Below, piece by piece: positions 1 to 8,495 of a stretch of 64,000 bases of DNA. The position numbers were made by a program, and so were the translations under genes. Positions within the stretch are counted from its first letter, which is position 1, and every line of letters starts with the position of its first letter. The notes under the pieces are model-generated. The model ran no database searches. It was not told the DNA's origin and saw nothing but the letters and a program-made list of their open reading frames with translations. The stretch lies in IMG/VR virus record IMGVR_UViG_3300037466_002408. One strand, given 5' to 3'. Source of the stretch: an uncultured virus (IMG/VR IMGVR_UViG_3300037466_002408). Lineage: Duplodnaviria > Heunggongvirae > Uroviricota > Caudoviricetes.

Positions 1-110
1 GTTGTCGTCTATGGCGATTTCCTTACCTCTAAAGTCTGGGTATTCCTCGCCCGTATATACTGCTTGTATAATCATACTTCCTCCCCTTAATTAAGAGGGA
101 CACTATCTCG

Positions 111-491
111 TTAACACCTACTGGCGTTTTTGGTTAGTGTTTTTTTGAATACTGCCGAATAAGAGAACGAGTTTTCAATTAATCCTGCCAGTATTTCCTC
201 TCTTACGAGGTAGTTATCGTATCCACAAGAGCATCTGATTTCGCATTGTTTTGGCGGATAATATTGTGCGTCACTATCCATATCTAATTCATATCTCTCT
301 ATGAATGTTAGCTCTTTTAGTGGGGCGATTTTTCCACACTTCTTACACTGGAATTTGAAGTCTCTGATTAGTTCCAACTTCTCTTTGGTTAGTTTGGTTC
401 GGCGTGTTTCCAAAGTTCGCATCTGCCAAGCATTTTTAGAGAGTTTAGTGATTACTTCCTCGTTCGCTAACTGCATATCGCTATCTGACAT
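111..491 (-). CDS. hypothetical zinc-ribbon protein
   Basis: CKKC and CSC motifs; RBS-like GAGG upstream; part of a tightly packed minus-strand run. Confidence 0.6.
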   Translation of the reverse strand: MSDSDMQLANEEVITKLSKNAWQMRTLETRRTKLTKEKLELIRDFKFQCKKCGKIAPLKELTFIERYELDMDSDAQYYPPKQCEIRCSCGYDNYLVREEILAGLIENSFSYSAVFKKTLTKNASRC

Positions 492-493
492 AT

Positions 494-667
494 TTACCTC
501 TTTAGTGTTTGTTTGTATACAACGTCGTATTTGCCGATTTTTACAATTGTAGTTATCTCTTTGGGGAGATTTTTGCTAGGCATCATTGAGCCTGGTTCGG
601 CACCATCACCGCATTCATAACAATCGCGTTGACCGCAATCACCACAAGAGGGTCCAATTGGATACAT
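494..667 (-). CDS. small Cys-rich hypothetical protein
   Basis: CGDC/CYEC motifs; start at MYPIG has GAGG upstream. Confidence 0.5.
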   Translation of the reverse strand: MYPIGPSCGDCGQRDCYECGDGAEPGSMMPSKNLPKEITTIVKIGKYDVVYKQTLKR

Positions 668-669
668 AG

Positions 670-852
670 TTACCTCGGTGTGTGAACGGATATAAAATGC
701 CAGTGGCATTCTTCATCTAATGCTTTCTCTAATTCTGCCAATGTTGTTCCGTCCTCAGAGAAAGAGTCAATGTATTCTTGATTTTCATCAGGTATATTAT
801 TGTATATCCATTGGTAGTGTTCTGATAGTTCGGCGATTTTAGGGTGTGGCAT
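670..852 (-). CDS. hypothetical protein
   Basis: 60 aa ORF with purine-rich RBS, abutting its neighbours. Confidence 0.5.
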   Translation of the reverse strand: MPHPKIAELSEHYQWIYNNIPDENQEYIDSFSEDGTTLAELEKALDEECHWHFISVHTPR

Positions 853-864
853 TATTATTCCCTT

Positions 865-1074
865 TTACATGATGCTGGATAAAATTTTCTTCAGGGCGAT
901 TTCGTTATCTTCCATCTGCCGGAACTTATCAAATAAAACACCAAAGGCATATATTTGATCGTCATTGAGGCTGATATAGTGAATACCGCTTTTTCCGCCG
1001 CAAATATCAATCTCTAGTTGTTTGCTGTTAGGGTATAAGATATAGTCGTGATAGCCAACTCTGATTTGATTCAT
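865..1074 (-). CDS. hypothetical protein
   Basis: GGAGG RBS; abuts the upstream ORF. Confidence 0.55.
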   Translation of the reverse strand: MNQIRVGYHDYILYPNSKQLEIDICGGKSGIHYISLNDDQIYAFGVLFDKFRQMEDNEIALKKILSSIM

Positions 1075-1314
1075 TTAACCCTCCCATTCATTTCCATCAA
1101 TGTCGGCGAGAAGATGTAGTTGTGGCGGAAAATGCCGTTCATATTCCCTCTCAATTTCTGCCTCAATTTGTTCAATGGGGTCTTCTGGCGAAAAAGCGAA
1201 CCATAGTTCGCCTCGTTCCTCCATGGGAATCTCTCTTAGAAGCGCCCGGTGATAGTCAGAGAGTTCTTCCAACTTACTTCCCATAATGCCTTTAAGTTTT
1301 GGAATATTGAACAT
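1075..1314 (-). CDS. hypothetical protein (start uncertain)
   Basis: MFNIPK start overlaps the stop of the upstream ORF. Confidence 0.5.
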   Translation of the reverse strand: MFNIPKLKGIMGSKLEELSDYHRALLREIPMEERGELWFAFSPEDPIEQIEAEIEREYERHFPPQLHLLADIDGNEWEG

Positions 1315-1628
1315 TAGCGGATCACCCAAGGTGCAAAGTACGCCACAAAGTGCGTGAATTTGTGTTCGTGGCGACAAATACCCAAGGAATCGCCAACTTT
1401 ATGCCCGAAAAACACGGAAGCGGGCGCCTCATTGCAGTTAACGCGGCCATTTACGTTATAGTAAACATAGAAGTGCGGATTCCCGTTTTTATCGCCAGCG
1501 GTCACTAATGCCGTCACTGTGATTGGAACATATGTATTGGTGCCCATGAGATCATCGGCGGCAAAAAACAACATAGAGCCGACTAACATAAACGATACTG
1601 TCAAAGGAAAAATTGTAGACCTATCCAT
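1314..1628 (-). CDS. hypothetical membrane-anchored protein
   Basis: N-terminal hydrophobic segment; MDRST start coupled to the upstream stop. Confidence 0.55.
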   Translation of the reverse strand: MDRSTIFPLTVSFMLVGSMLFFAADDLMGTNTYVPITVTALVTAGDKNGNPHFYVYYNVNGRVNCNEAPASVFFGHKVGDSLGICRHEHKFTHFVAYFAPWVIR

Positions 1629-1981
1629 TACCGAATTTCCTCCAAGCGGACTTTGAACTTGCGACATTTTTCAGGGTTGTTGAATGCAGGCTCATACGTG
1701 GTAATGCGATGAATTTCTTTTGTGGCTTTTTCTACAATAACCCAAGCTTCGCTAGTAAAAGGTTCAAAGTATTCTTCTTTGATTGCCGCTGGATCATTGG
1801 AATAATTATGGGAAGGAATTTTACCGTTAGCCAGATAAATCCAAGTGTGTTGGTTGTTCTCGTTGTTTTTTGGCGAAATAACGCCCACAAAGTATTCTTC
1901 ACCGCTATTGGTATACCTACCAACAATTTCAACCAAGTCGCCTCGATTGGTTACGTATTTCTTACCAATTTCAATCTTCAA
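1628..1981 (-). CDS. hypothetical phage protein
   Basis: KIEIGKKYVTNRGDLVEI N-terminus typical of small phage proteins; AGGAG RBS. Confidence 0.6.
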   Translation of the reverse strand: MKIEIGKKYVTNRGDLVEIVGRYTNSGEEYFVGVISPKNNENNQHTWIYLANGKIPSHNYSNDPAAIKEEYFEPFTSEAWVIVEKATKEIHRITTYEPAFNNPEKCRKFKVRLEEIR

Positions 1982-2012
1982 TTTTTATCTCCTGTTTGTC
2001 TGTATGGCGATT

Positions 2013-2171
2013 TTACTTCCCATCAATCGCATCGCACGGTGGGCAGTTGAGCCCTCCGCACATGTCCCAAGCCTGGCGCTTTTCTTCATCGGACTTGGCC
2101 GCCCTGACAGGGCAATTGCAACACCGGGCGTGGCTCCTGCACTTGCAGCATATAGAAACTTCCCGTGACAT
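2013..2171 (-). CDS. small Cys-rich protein (52 aa, not in ORF track)
   Basis: Hand translation MSREVSICCKCRSHARCCNCP...CGGLNCPPCDAIDGK, 9 Cys; AGGAG upstream. Confidence 0.5.
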   Translation of the reverse strand: MSREVSICCKCRSHARCCNCPVRAAKSDEEKRQAWDMCGGLNCPPCDAIDGK

Positions 2172-2189
2172 CATCGCGTCGATCTTCTC

Positions 2190-2423
2190 CTATCCTTGGT
2201 CCGGGTAGACCAGGGCATCGCCAAGCGCCTCTTTGATGGCCCGCCCGGCCCGGCAGTCGTAGTGGTCACAAGCCGCGCACGGCTCGGCCACGCCGGGAAG
2301 GTCGCTGTCATCGTAGAAGGCGCTGAAAGCGGCTTGTAGGCCCGCACGAAGCCGGGCAATCTCGGCTTGGGCCTCGTCCCATTGCTCCTGGTTGTACAGC
2401 ACGTCGCATCGCTCTTTGCTCAT
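2190..2423 (-). CDS. hypothetical protein, GC-rich
   Basis: GAGGT RBS; CAAC/C motif. Confidence 0.55.
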   Translation of the reverse strand: MSKERCDVLYNQEQWDEAQAEIARLRAGLQAAFSAFYDDSDLPGVAEPCAACDHYDCRAGRAIKEALGDALVYPDQG

Positions 2424-2618
2424 GATTGATACCTCTACTTCTCGCCCAAACGGTAGCGTAGCTCGGCTACCAAACTCTTCATCATTACAGCCGCCTGGTC
2501 GGGAAAAATCTCAATCCAGTTTTGAAGCCGGTTGCTGTCAACGATGTCCTTTGCGGCTTTCCATTGAACGGGGTCCATTGTTCCTCCTGCATTGATAGGT
2601 TCTGATCTCAGTGATTTC

Positions 2619-2648
2619 ATTATACCCAAGATGAAGAGTCACAGGCAA
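2619..2648 (-). promoter_or_regulatory. sigma70-type promoter with GACTCT box
   Basis: TTGCCT-gtgactcttcatcttggg-TATAAT on the minus strand. Confidence 0.7.
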
Positions 2649-2725
2649 GCGAGGGTGTTTAAGAAATGTTTCGACGGCGATTTCACCACGTCACATATAA
2701 ACTGAAATTTAGAACGGAGGTCAGC

Positions 2726-2938
2726 ATGGGTCTAAATAAACGCCAAAAAGATAAACTATCCTCTCTCGTTAAATCTGAAATTGGCAGAATTCGATATGAT
2801 ATCGGCCAACTCAAAAGACACATGCTGTTACCTAATGGAGATAAACACCCATTGGCACAAAAGCATTTCGAAAATATCGGAATGTGCCTAATGGAAATCA
2901 GCAAATTAGAAAATATATTGGAGTTATTGAATGAATAA
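2726..2938 (+). CDS. hypothetical protein
   Basis: GGAGG RBS before ATG 2726; overlaps the next gene. Confidence 0.55.
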   Translation: MGLNKRQKDKLSSLVKSEIGRIRYDIGQLKRHMLLPNGDKHPLAQKHFENIGMCLMEISKLENILELLNE

Positions 2939-3176
2939 AACTAAAATCTATCAAGCAACGATTGATTGTTGGAAATACATTAGAAATAACCCTTTCGCCA
3001 GTCATGAAGAAATTGGAAAATCAATTGGATATAATGGTGATGTTAGAGCTTTAATTCAAAAGCTTCGGAGAAACGGATATGTTAAACTTGAATCAATCGA
3101 GCGTATTGCAGGGCGATTTAATGGAACTAAAAAAATTTGCATTAAAAACCCCGAAACCGGAGAAATTGTTGATTAA
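2931..3176 (+). CDS. putative winged-HTH DNA-binding protein
   Basis: ASHEEIGKSIG...VRALIQKLRRNGYV resembles a wHTH. Confidence 0.5.
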   Translation: MNKTKIYQATIDCWKYIRNNPFASHEEIGKSIGYNGDVRALIQKLRRNGYVKLESIERIAGRFNGTKKICIKNPETGEIVD

Positions 3177-3222
3177 TTATCCAAAACTTTTAGAAATTCA
3201 CCAAATGCTTGAAGAATGGTGA

Positions 3223-3247
3223 TAAAAAGCCCTCTTTTGGGGGCTTC
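3223..3247. terminator. intrinsic terminator between convergent genes
   Basis: AAAAAGCCCTC-TTTT-GGGGGCTT hairpin. Confidence 0.55.
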
Positions 3248-3254
3248 ATTGATT

Positions 3255-3584
3255 TTACTTCAAATCAACTGTGAAAGCCGGATTCTGTACCGTACCTTCA
3301 GCTTCACAGGCTTGACACTCGTACCAGGCACCGGGGTGCGGCTTATGGCCTCCGGCACCGCCACACGATGAGCAGGCGATCCTGCGAGGCTCCATCAACC
3401 CTCGCGCAACGGCTTCGGCCTCAACCAGTGCCAGGTTCTCGCGGGCGATCTGTGCCTGGCGCTCGGCGTCCTCAACGTCGAAGCGCCGTGTTTGAATGAT
3501 GTCCCTCAGGAGGCCATCCGAGTAGTCGGCGATGTGCCGGGCCTGCGCCCTCTGAATCTCGTCCATCTGCGTATACCTTCTCAA
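3255..3584 (-). CDS. protein with DnaJ-like CxxCxGxG zinc finger
   Basis: CSSCGGAG and CQACEAEG motifs. Confidence 0.6.
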   Translation of the reverse strand: MRRYTQMDEIQRAQARHIADYSDGLLRDIIQTRRFDVEDAERQAQIARENLALVEAEAVARGLMEPRRIACSSCGGAGGHKPHPGAWYECQACEAEGTVQNPAFTVDLK

Positions 3585-3588
3585 CTCC

Positions 3589-3726
3589 CTACAAGCCGCC
3601 GCGCTTTAACCGCTCAAACTCTTGTTTGGCGGCCTCTATCACGGGGCAGACGTGCGCCTTTCGGGCCTCAAGGTCGAAGCCCCAATTGTGGTAACAATGC
3701 GGGCAAAGCCAGTCGGGGTGCTGCAC
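3589..3726 (-). CDS. small zinc-finger-like protein (45 aa, not in ORF track)
   Basis: Hand translation from GTG: MQHPDWLCPHCYHNWGFDLEARKAHVCP...; GAGGT RBS. Confidence 0.45.
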   Translation of the reverse strand: MQHPDWLCPHCYHNWGFDLEARKAHVCPVIEAAKQEFERLKRGGL

Positions 3727-3766
3727 AGGTGATACCTCTACTTATCTCTATTCCGGCAAACGGGGA

Positions 3767-4333
3767 TTACTCCCCGCCGCCACCATCGCCACCACCACCG
3801 GAATCGCCGCCAGAGCTACCGCCGTCGCTAGAACCAGAGTCACCAACAGAATCAGAAGTGCTTACGGCAGAATCGTCATTCGTTGTACCGGAATCGGCAG
3901 GCTCAACGTTGTCATCAGCGGCTTCTTCAGGCTCGCCCATATCAGGCACAGAAGCGGCACCAGCATCCTCAGCAGATTCAGCCTCTACACTCTCAGGTTG
4001 ATCGAGAGTTTGATCTGCGGTGTTGTTGACCTCAATCTCTTCTTGTTGGGAATTCTGAAGCTCGGTCTTTGAAGGTGCAGAGCCTTGAGTCCAAGTGGTT
4101 GCAGAACTATATAAGTCAGCAGTTGAAGTGGAGCTGCCGCCCATGTGAGTTGCAGCCAAATACCACCAAATGCCAGAATTGTCAACATAGCCAACTCGGC
4201 CATCCGAGAAATGATGTAGGTGACGATGGTGTGAAACCGCTTGATAGCCCGTGTGTCGGGGCGCTGAATCACAACCAGCTAGGGAAATCGCCGCAGCTAG
4301 AACTACAGGGATTAGAACAAATTTCTTCTTCAC
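3767..4333 (-). CDS. putative lipoprotein with acidic Gly/Ser-rich tail
   Basis: Signal peptide with lipobox LAGC; low-complexity C-terminus. Confidence 0.7.
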   Translation of the reverse strand: MKKKFVLIPVVLAAAISLAGCDSAPRHTGYQAVSHHRHLHHFSDGRVGYVDNSGIWWYLAATHMGGSSTSTADLYSSATTWTQGSAPSKTELQNSQQEEIEVNNTADQTLDQPESVEAESAEDAGAASVPDMGEPEEAADDNVEPADSGTTNDDSAVSTSDSVGDSGSSDGGSSGGDSGGGGDGGGGE

Positions 4334-4870
4334 TTAATGACTCTCTTTCGGATGAGCAGGGTGGGTTAGTTTGTCGATTGCGACATACGATAGTGTGGTT
4401 ACGCAGAAAACCAGATGAATCAGAACCTCTTTCCAAATTTGGTCCCAGGTTGCTCCATGGCTGATTTCCATAAATGTCTTGAGAAGATGGATGGAACTAA
4501 CACCGATCAGAGACATGCCCATTTTGATTTTGAGCGTGGTCGAATTGATATCGTGCATCCAACGCGGCTTGTTTTTGATGTGGTCAAAAGCATGCTCGTC
4601 CACAAAAATAACATAACCGCCGAGAGCAATAATTGTTACCAGTGACGCAACCATCGTAACATCAATCTGGCCGAGGACGTTTAGAAGTACCTCTTGCTCG
4701 GACATATGAGGTAGATTGGTAAATAGCTCAAATACCTCTTGGCCGAATTTATAGACATAGGCGATAATTGCGCCGAATAGTCCAAAATTGAAAATTACAT
4801 TGCCCCAGCGAATGTTAAAGATTGCGCTTGCAATTCCGTCAACAATCTTTTCTTTGTTAAATTCAATCAC
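4334..4870 (-). CDS. YqhA / UPF0114 family membrane protein
   Basis: VLGQIDVTMVASL..GGY..FV, PRWM, LKIKMGMSLIGVSSIHLLKTF match family motifs as recalled. Confidence 0.75.
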   Translation of the reverse strand: MIEFNKEKIVDGIASAIFNIRWGNVIFNFGLFGAIIAYVYKFGQEVFELFTNLPHMSEQEVLLNVLGQIDVTMVASLVTIIALGGYVIFVDEHAFDHIKNKPRWMHDINSTTLKIKMGMSLIGVSSIHLLKTFMEISHGATWDQIWKEVLIHLVFCVTTLSYVAIDKLTHPAHPKESH

Positions 4871-5240
4871 GGTTCTTTAGTGCCTCATAAACAATATCAA
4901 TTATCTGCTGCTGTGCTTGAGAGTACTTACTCTCTCGCGCCTTCTTTCGATTCTCTTGCCAACGCTTGTAATTCAATTTGAATTCCTTATGAAGTTCTTT
5001 GCGAAGCCGATTTGAAATTGGTAACTCAACTACCACGCTGCTTCTGTTCCAATGGAACCCTTCCGGGCTGTTGAATCCTTTGATTGCGAAATTGCTCGAA
5101 AAAATAGAGTTTTCCGTAGAAATAACAACATTATCAACAATGGTAACTTGCAAGTCGCGGCTATCAATTCCCCAATTGAACTTAACCTCAACCTTATCGG
5201 TTTTTACGAGGTCAAGTAGAATTTCGCAAATCTCTTGCTC
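4863..5240 (-). CDS. hypothetical protein (start uncertain)
   Basis: 3' part of ORF 4863..5381 fills the gap between neighbours. Confidence 0.4.
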   Translation of the reverse strand, partial: EQEICEILLDLVKTDKVEVKFNWGIDSRDLQVTIVDNVVISTENSIFSSNFAIKGFNSPEGFHWNRSSVVVELPISNRLRKELHKEFKLNYKRWQENRKKARESKYSQAQQQIIDIVYEALKNRD

Positions 5241-5241
5241 T

Positions 5242-5496
5242 TTAGCCACCAGTAACCTCACACTTGCACTTGCCAGGCTCGCCCTTCGGACCCATGGGGC
5301 CAGCGGGACCAGGAGCGACAACGGTTGAACGAGAAGAGTTATCAGCCATCTTCTCGACGGCCTTGGCAATATCCTGCGCATACAATAGCAGGCCCAATAG
5401 AGCGAACTCTGTATCGGTCAAGTCAGGCCACCAGCCAACAAACTTACCGACCACTAGGATAAATAAACAAATTGCAGAAATATTAGTGTTGCTCAT
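5242..5496 (-). CDS. small membrane protein with short collagen-like segment
   Basis: Two hydrophobic segments then GPAGPMGPKGEPGK. Confidence 0.55.
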   Translation of the reverse strand: MSNTNISAICLFILVVGKFVGWWPDLTDTEFALLGLLLYAQDIAKAVEKMADNSSRSTVVAPGPAGPMGPKGEPGKCKCEVTGG

Positions 5497-5497
5497 A

Positions 5498-5968
5498 CTA
5501 CCTCACAGGGATTTGAATTTCAGTGCGGATTTCCTTGGCAATTTTTGCCAGTTGGGAAATATCACCAGCGTCACGAAGCTTATCTTTAAACATGCGTTGA
5601 GCAATGTAATTCAAAGCACCATCAACAGTGGCGAAATAACTGCGATTGGTCTTGTCCCATTCGCCGTATTCACCAGCCTCATAAACCTTCTCGGCCATAC
5701 CACCTTCCTTGCTGGGATAGGTGTTGACGGTGCGCTTTTTGTACAACGTTCGCTGTTGAACCATAACGTTGTAGCCCGACTTTTCGATAACAATACCCCA
5801 AGTTTTGTCGTTATTAACCGTAATTACGCCGAGGTCTTCTTCTGTTTCCGAGTCACTATTATCGGTAACGGTTGTATCGGTTGTTGAACTCAGATTGATC
5901 TCTTTGAGATCATCGAGAGACATACCTTTTTTCAAACCTTTGCGGCTAACGCCTTTAGGCCATCCCAT
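5498..5968 (-). CDS. hypothetical protein
   Basis: 156 aa ORF with AAGGTG RBS. Confidence 0.6.
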   Translation of the reverse strand: MGWPKGVSRKGLKKGMSLDDLKEINLSSTTDTTVTDNSDSETEEDLGVITVNNDKTWGIVIEKSGYNVMVQQRTLYKKRTVNTYPSKEGGMAEKVYEAGEYGEWDKTNRSYFATVDGALNYIAQRMFKDKLRDAGDISQLAKIAKEIRTEIQIPVR

Positions 5969-5981
5969 GTTTCACCTTCTT

Positions 5982-6395
5982 CTAAAGCTTGGATTCAATA
6001 ATATCCGCAATTTCCGCGAATGATTTGCCATCATCATTCAAACCTGCGATTGTAACTGTTTCAACTCCATGACCCCACTTGCGGGGCCTTTCACCAACAG
6101 GAACATCATTTTGACTATCGGCAGGCAAACCGGCCCATTTGATAACTTCATCGGGCGGCATGCAATCAGCGCCTAAGAACGCATACTTGTTATTGTCGTA
6201 GTTGCCATCATAATTTTCATTCACCTTCCACCGGCCATTGCCGGTTTCCTGGCGATACAACTCACATAGGACACCGAGGCAGCAGTAGCTTTGGCGATTG
6301 TTGGCCGTAAGCTTCTCGCGGGTCTGCTTGAAATTGCCAGAACGCAGGGCGCTGAGCCACTTGGCCTTAACTTCAGGATTCATCTTTTTCGACAT
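5982..6395 (-). CDS. conserved phage hypothetical protein (paralog of 6395..6748)
   Basis: KWLSALRSG...YCCLGVLCEL...LNDDGKSFAEIADIIE. Confidence 0.7.
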   Translation of the reverse strand: MSKKMNPEVKAKWLSALRSGNFKQTREKLTANNRQSYCCLGVLCELYRQETGNGRWKVNENYDGNYDNNKYAFLGADCMPPDEVIKWAGLPADSQNDVPVGERPRKWGHGVETVTIAGLNDDGKSFAEIADIIESKL

Positions 6396-6748
6396 TACAG
6401 ATTCCTCTCGATAACGTCAGCAACAACATCAAAAGTGTCGCCGGTTGCATCATTCACAGCACCAACAGTGCCATTGAGTTCGCCCCAAGGACCAAGATAT
6501 TCAAAAGGAGCAGCAACAGGCCCCCAAGTTAGGCTTACCTCATCTTTGAAGCCAGCCCATTTAAAGAAATTGGAAGCATTATCCCGAGGATTTTCACCAT
6601 TCTCTTTTTCGTAGAGGTGATGGAGGACGCCCATGGCACACATGCAACCATCAGGGTTCTCAAGGGAGCCATTCGCCTTCTTGATTTCGCCGGAGCGCAG
6701 TGCGGCAAGCCACTTTTCCTTAACAACGGGGTTCATTTTTTGAGTCAC
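6395..6748 (-). CDS. conserved phage hypothetical protein (paralog of 5982..6395)
   Basis: KWLAALRSG...MCAMGVL...VNDATGDTFDVVADVIE; AAGGAA RBS. Confidence 0.7.
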   Translation of the reverse strand: MTQKMNPVVKEKWLAALRSGEIKKANGSLENPDGCMCAMGVLHHLYEKENGENPRDNASNFFKWAGFKDEVSLTWGPVAAPFEYLGPWGELNGTVGAVNDATGDTFDVVADVIERNL

Positions 6749-6769
6749 GTTCGTTTCCTTTCTGAACTC

Positions 6770-6798
6770 ATACTACCCAAGTGAAGAGTCCCGGTCCA
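6770..6798 (-). promoter_or_regulatory. sigma70-type promoter with GACTCT box
   Basis: TGGACC-gggactcttcacttggg-TAGTAT, 17-nt spacer. Confidence 0.7.
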
Positions 6799-6854
6799 CA
6801 GAGGGCATATGATTTTACAATGCTACACAAAGGCTATTTAATGCGATAATGTGT

Positions 6855-7045
6855 TTCAGGTGTCCTCGGACCTTCCGAATCACAAAACATTAAATCGCAT
6901 AGTGACATATATATGAATTCGACGGGGGCGGGGCGGAACAATTTCTACGAGAGCTTTTACAGTTGCTCGCGCAATTGAAAGAACGAGGGGACTTGGGTTT
7001 GGCGATTTTTAAGATCAAACAGAACCCAAAATCCACCCAAATCCC
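6855..7045 (+). ncRNA. candidate structured non-coding RNA
   Basis: ORF-free region after TGCGATAAT (extended -10); long G-U-containing stems. Confidence 0.3.
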
Positions 7046-7046
7046 T

Positions 7047-7200
7047 CATGCGTACATGCGCATGTACATGTGCGCGCGTGACGCGCATTAAATAAATATT
7101 TATAAATCATGTATGATCTAGATATGTCTGATTTGATCTGATCTGATCATGTTTGATTTGCTTTTATTGATCTTTCATGATCTAGTCATGATCTAATTTA
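7047..7200. repeat. alternating purine-pyrimidine tract, AT-rich tract and GATC/CATG short-repeat array (origin-like)
   Basis: CATGCGTACATGCGCATGTACATGTGCGCGCG, then TAAATAAATATTTATAAAT, then 7 GATC in about 80 bp. Confidence 0.6.
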
Positions 7201-7485
7201 TGCGCATGCGCGAGGCGAATTGGCATCCTCAGGAAACAGCCGATCGAGAATCTTCTTTTCGAGAGAATCAAGATGACGTTGATCCTCACAGATTTCGGCC
7301 AAGAAAACCTCTAGAGCCTCTTCCTCGGAATCGTACAAGTCCTGCTCAACAAAAAACCCGTAGTCGTTGATATGATTTTTGTCAACCCAAACAGGATCTC
7401 CATCGTCATACGGACCAGGAATTTCCTCTACATTTACCTCAATCACATCCTCGGCATTGTATCGGTCAATAATAAACTTACGCAT
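7198..7485 (-). CDS. hypothetical protein
   Basis: Acidic 95 aa ORF, weakly similar to its upstream neighbour. Confidence 0.55.
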   Translation of the reverse strand: MRKFIIDRYNAEDVIEVNVEEIPGPYDDGDPVWVDKNHINDYGFFVEQDLYDSEEEALEVFLAEICEDQRHLDSLEKKILDRLFPEDANSPRACA

Positions 7486-7720
7486 TCTTGTTAATCTCCC
7501 TCAACTGCTCAGCCAACCTTGAATGTTCCGATAACAACTTGACAATATTTTCCGACAACAAAACCATCCTAGCTTCAATTACTTCTTTGACGGAATCAAA
7601 CATTTCGTTTTCGTAGTAACTTTCGGCAAACACCGGACAATACCACATTTCGCGAGAATACGTATGAGGCAACAATAAAACCTCATGCGGTTGCTCGTTA
7701 TAAATAACCCACTTCTTCAT
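7478..7720 (-). CDS. hypothetical protein
   Basis: AGGAG RBS before MKKWVIYN. Confidence 0.55.
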   Translation of the reverse strand: MKKWVIYNEQPHEVLLLPHTYSREMWYCPVFAESYYENEMFDSVKEVIEARMVLLSENIVKLLSEHSRLAEQLREINKNA

Positions 7721-7845
7721 GCTTGCTCCTAGTAAAAATGAGAATCGGGAACCTTTGCTCCCTCGCCTTGCTGACAAGCATAATATACCCGTAACTCTCT
7801 CGTCGCAACGGTGATACGGCATTTTTTAGGTAACGAATTGTAAAC

Positions 7846-8145
7846 GTGATGGAAGAAAATACGTCAAAACCCTGGCCCCGTCAACCGAACCAGCATCCGA
7901 TCCGAGAACCGCATGAGTTGTCAGAGAAGTCCAAAGAGCTTCTTTCCCTCATGGAACGCTACCAGCACACATGGAACGTGACAAATTTTCAATACGCTTG
8001 CCTCTTGGGAATTTCGAGAAGGCACACCATCAAACACGTCAATGAGCTTCTAGAGAAGGGCTATATTGAGATTTGGCCGAAAACAAGAAAACGCGGCAGG
8101 GGCACAAGCAACACCTACCGCGTCATTAAAAAGTTGTCAGATTAG
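7846..8145 (+). CDS. winged-HTH protein resembling a replication-initiator N-terminal domain
   Basis: LGISRRHTIKHVNELLEKGYIEI...RGRGTSNTY. Confidence 0.65.
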   Translation: MMEENTSKPWPRQPNQHPIREPHELSEKSKELLSLMERYQHTWNVTNFQYACLLGISRRHTIKHVNELLEKGYIEIWPKTRKRGRGTSNTYRVIKKLSD

Positions 8146-8427
8146 TTATTCACAAATAACTGGCTTCTTACAAATCTCCTTATCAATCAGGAATCGTAGA
8201 AAACCGATGTAGTGATCGGGCAACGCCAATTCGTACATTGCCTCATTGGCTTCTTTGTCAACAATGGCATCAATCACGCCATAAATTCCGCCAGCAGCAT
8301 ATTCCTCGAAAGTCTTAGTTGGTTTGAATCGACGGGGCAAAACCATCTTACTACCAAACTCATCTTTAAGTAGTTTGAGCATGTATTCTTCTTCTCGTAC
8401 TGAATTCACTGAAATAAAACCGCCCAT
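8146..8427 (-). CDS. hypothetical protein
   Basis: GAGGTG RBS; 93 aa. Confidence 0.5.
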   Translation of the reverse strand: MGGFISVNSVREEEYMLKLLKDEFGSKMVLPRRFKPTKTFEEYAAGGIYGVIDAIVDKEANEAMYELALPDHYIGFLRFLIDKEICKKPVICE

Positions 8428-8495
8428 AAGACACCTCTTATCGAATGTAAAATGAAAAATGTATCTAGTAGTTTTTATTTAAGATAGAGTAGCGA

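Noticed and set aside
6915..6945. tmRNA suggested by GAATTCGACGGG and GGGGCGGAAC
   Set aside because: No matching acceptor stem, T-arm or tag reading frame found
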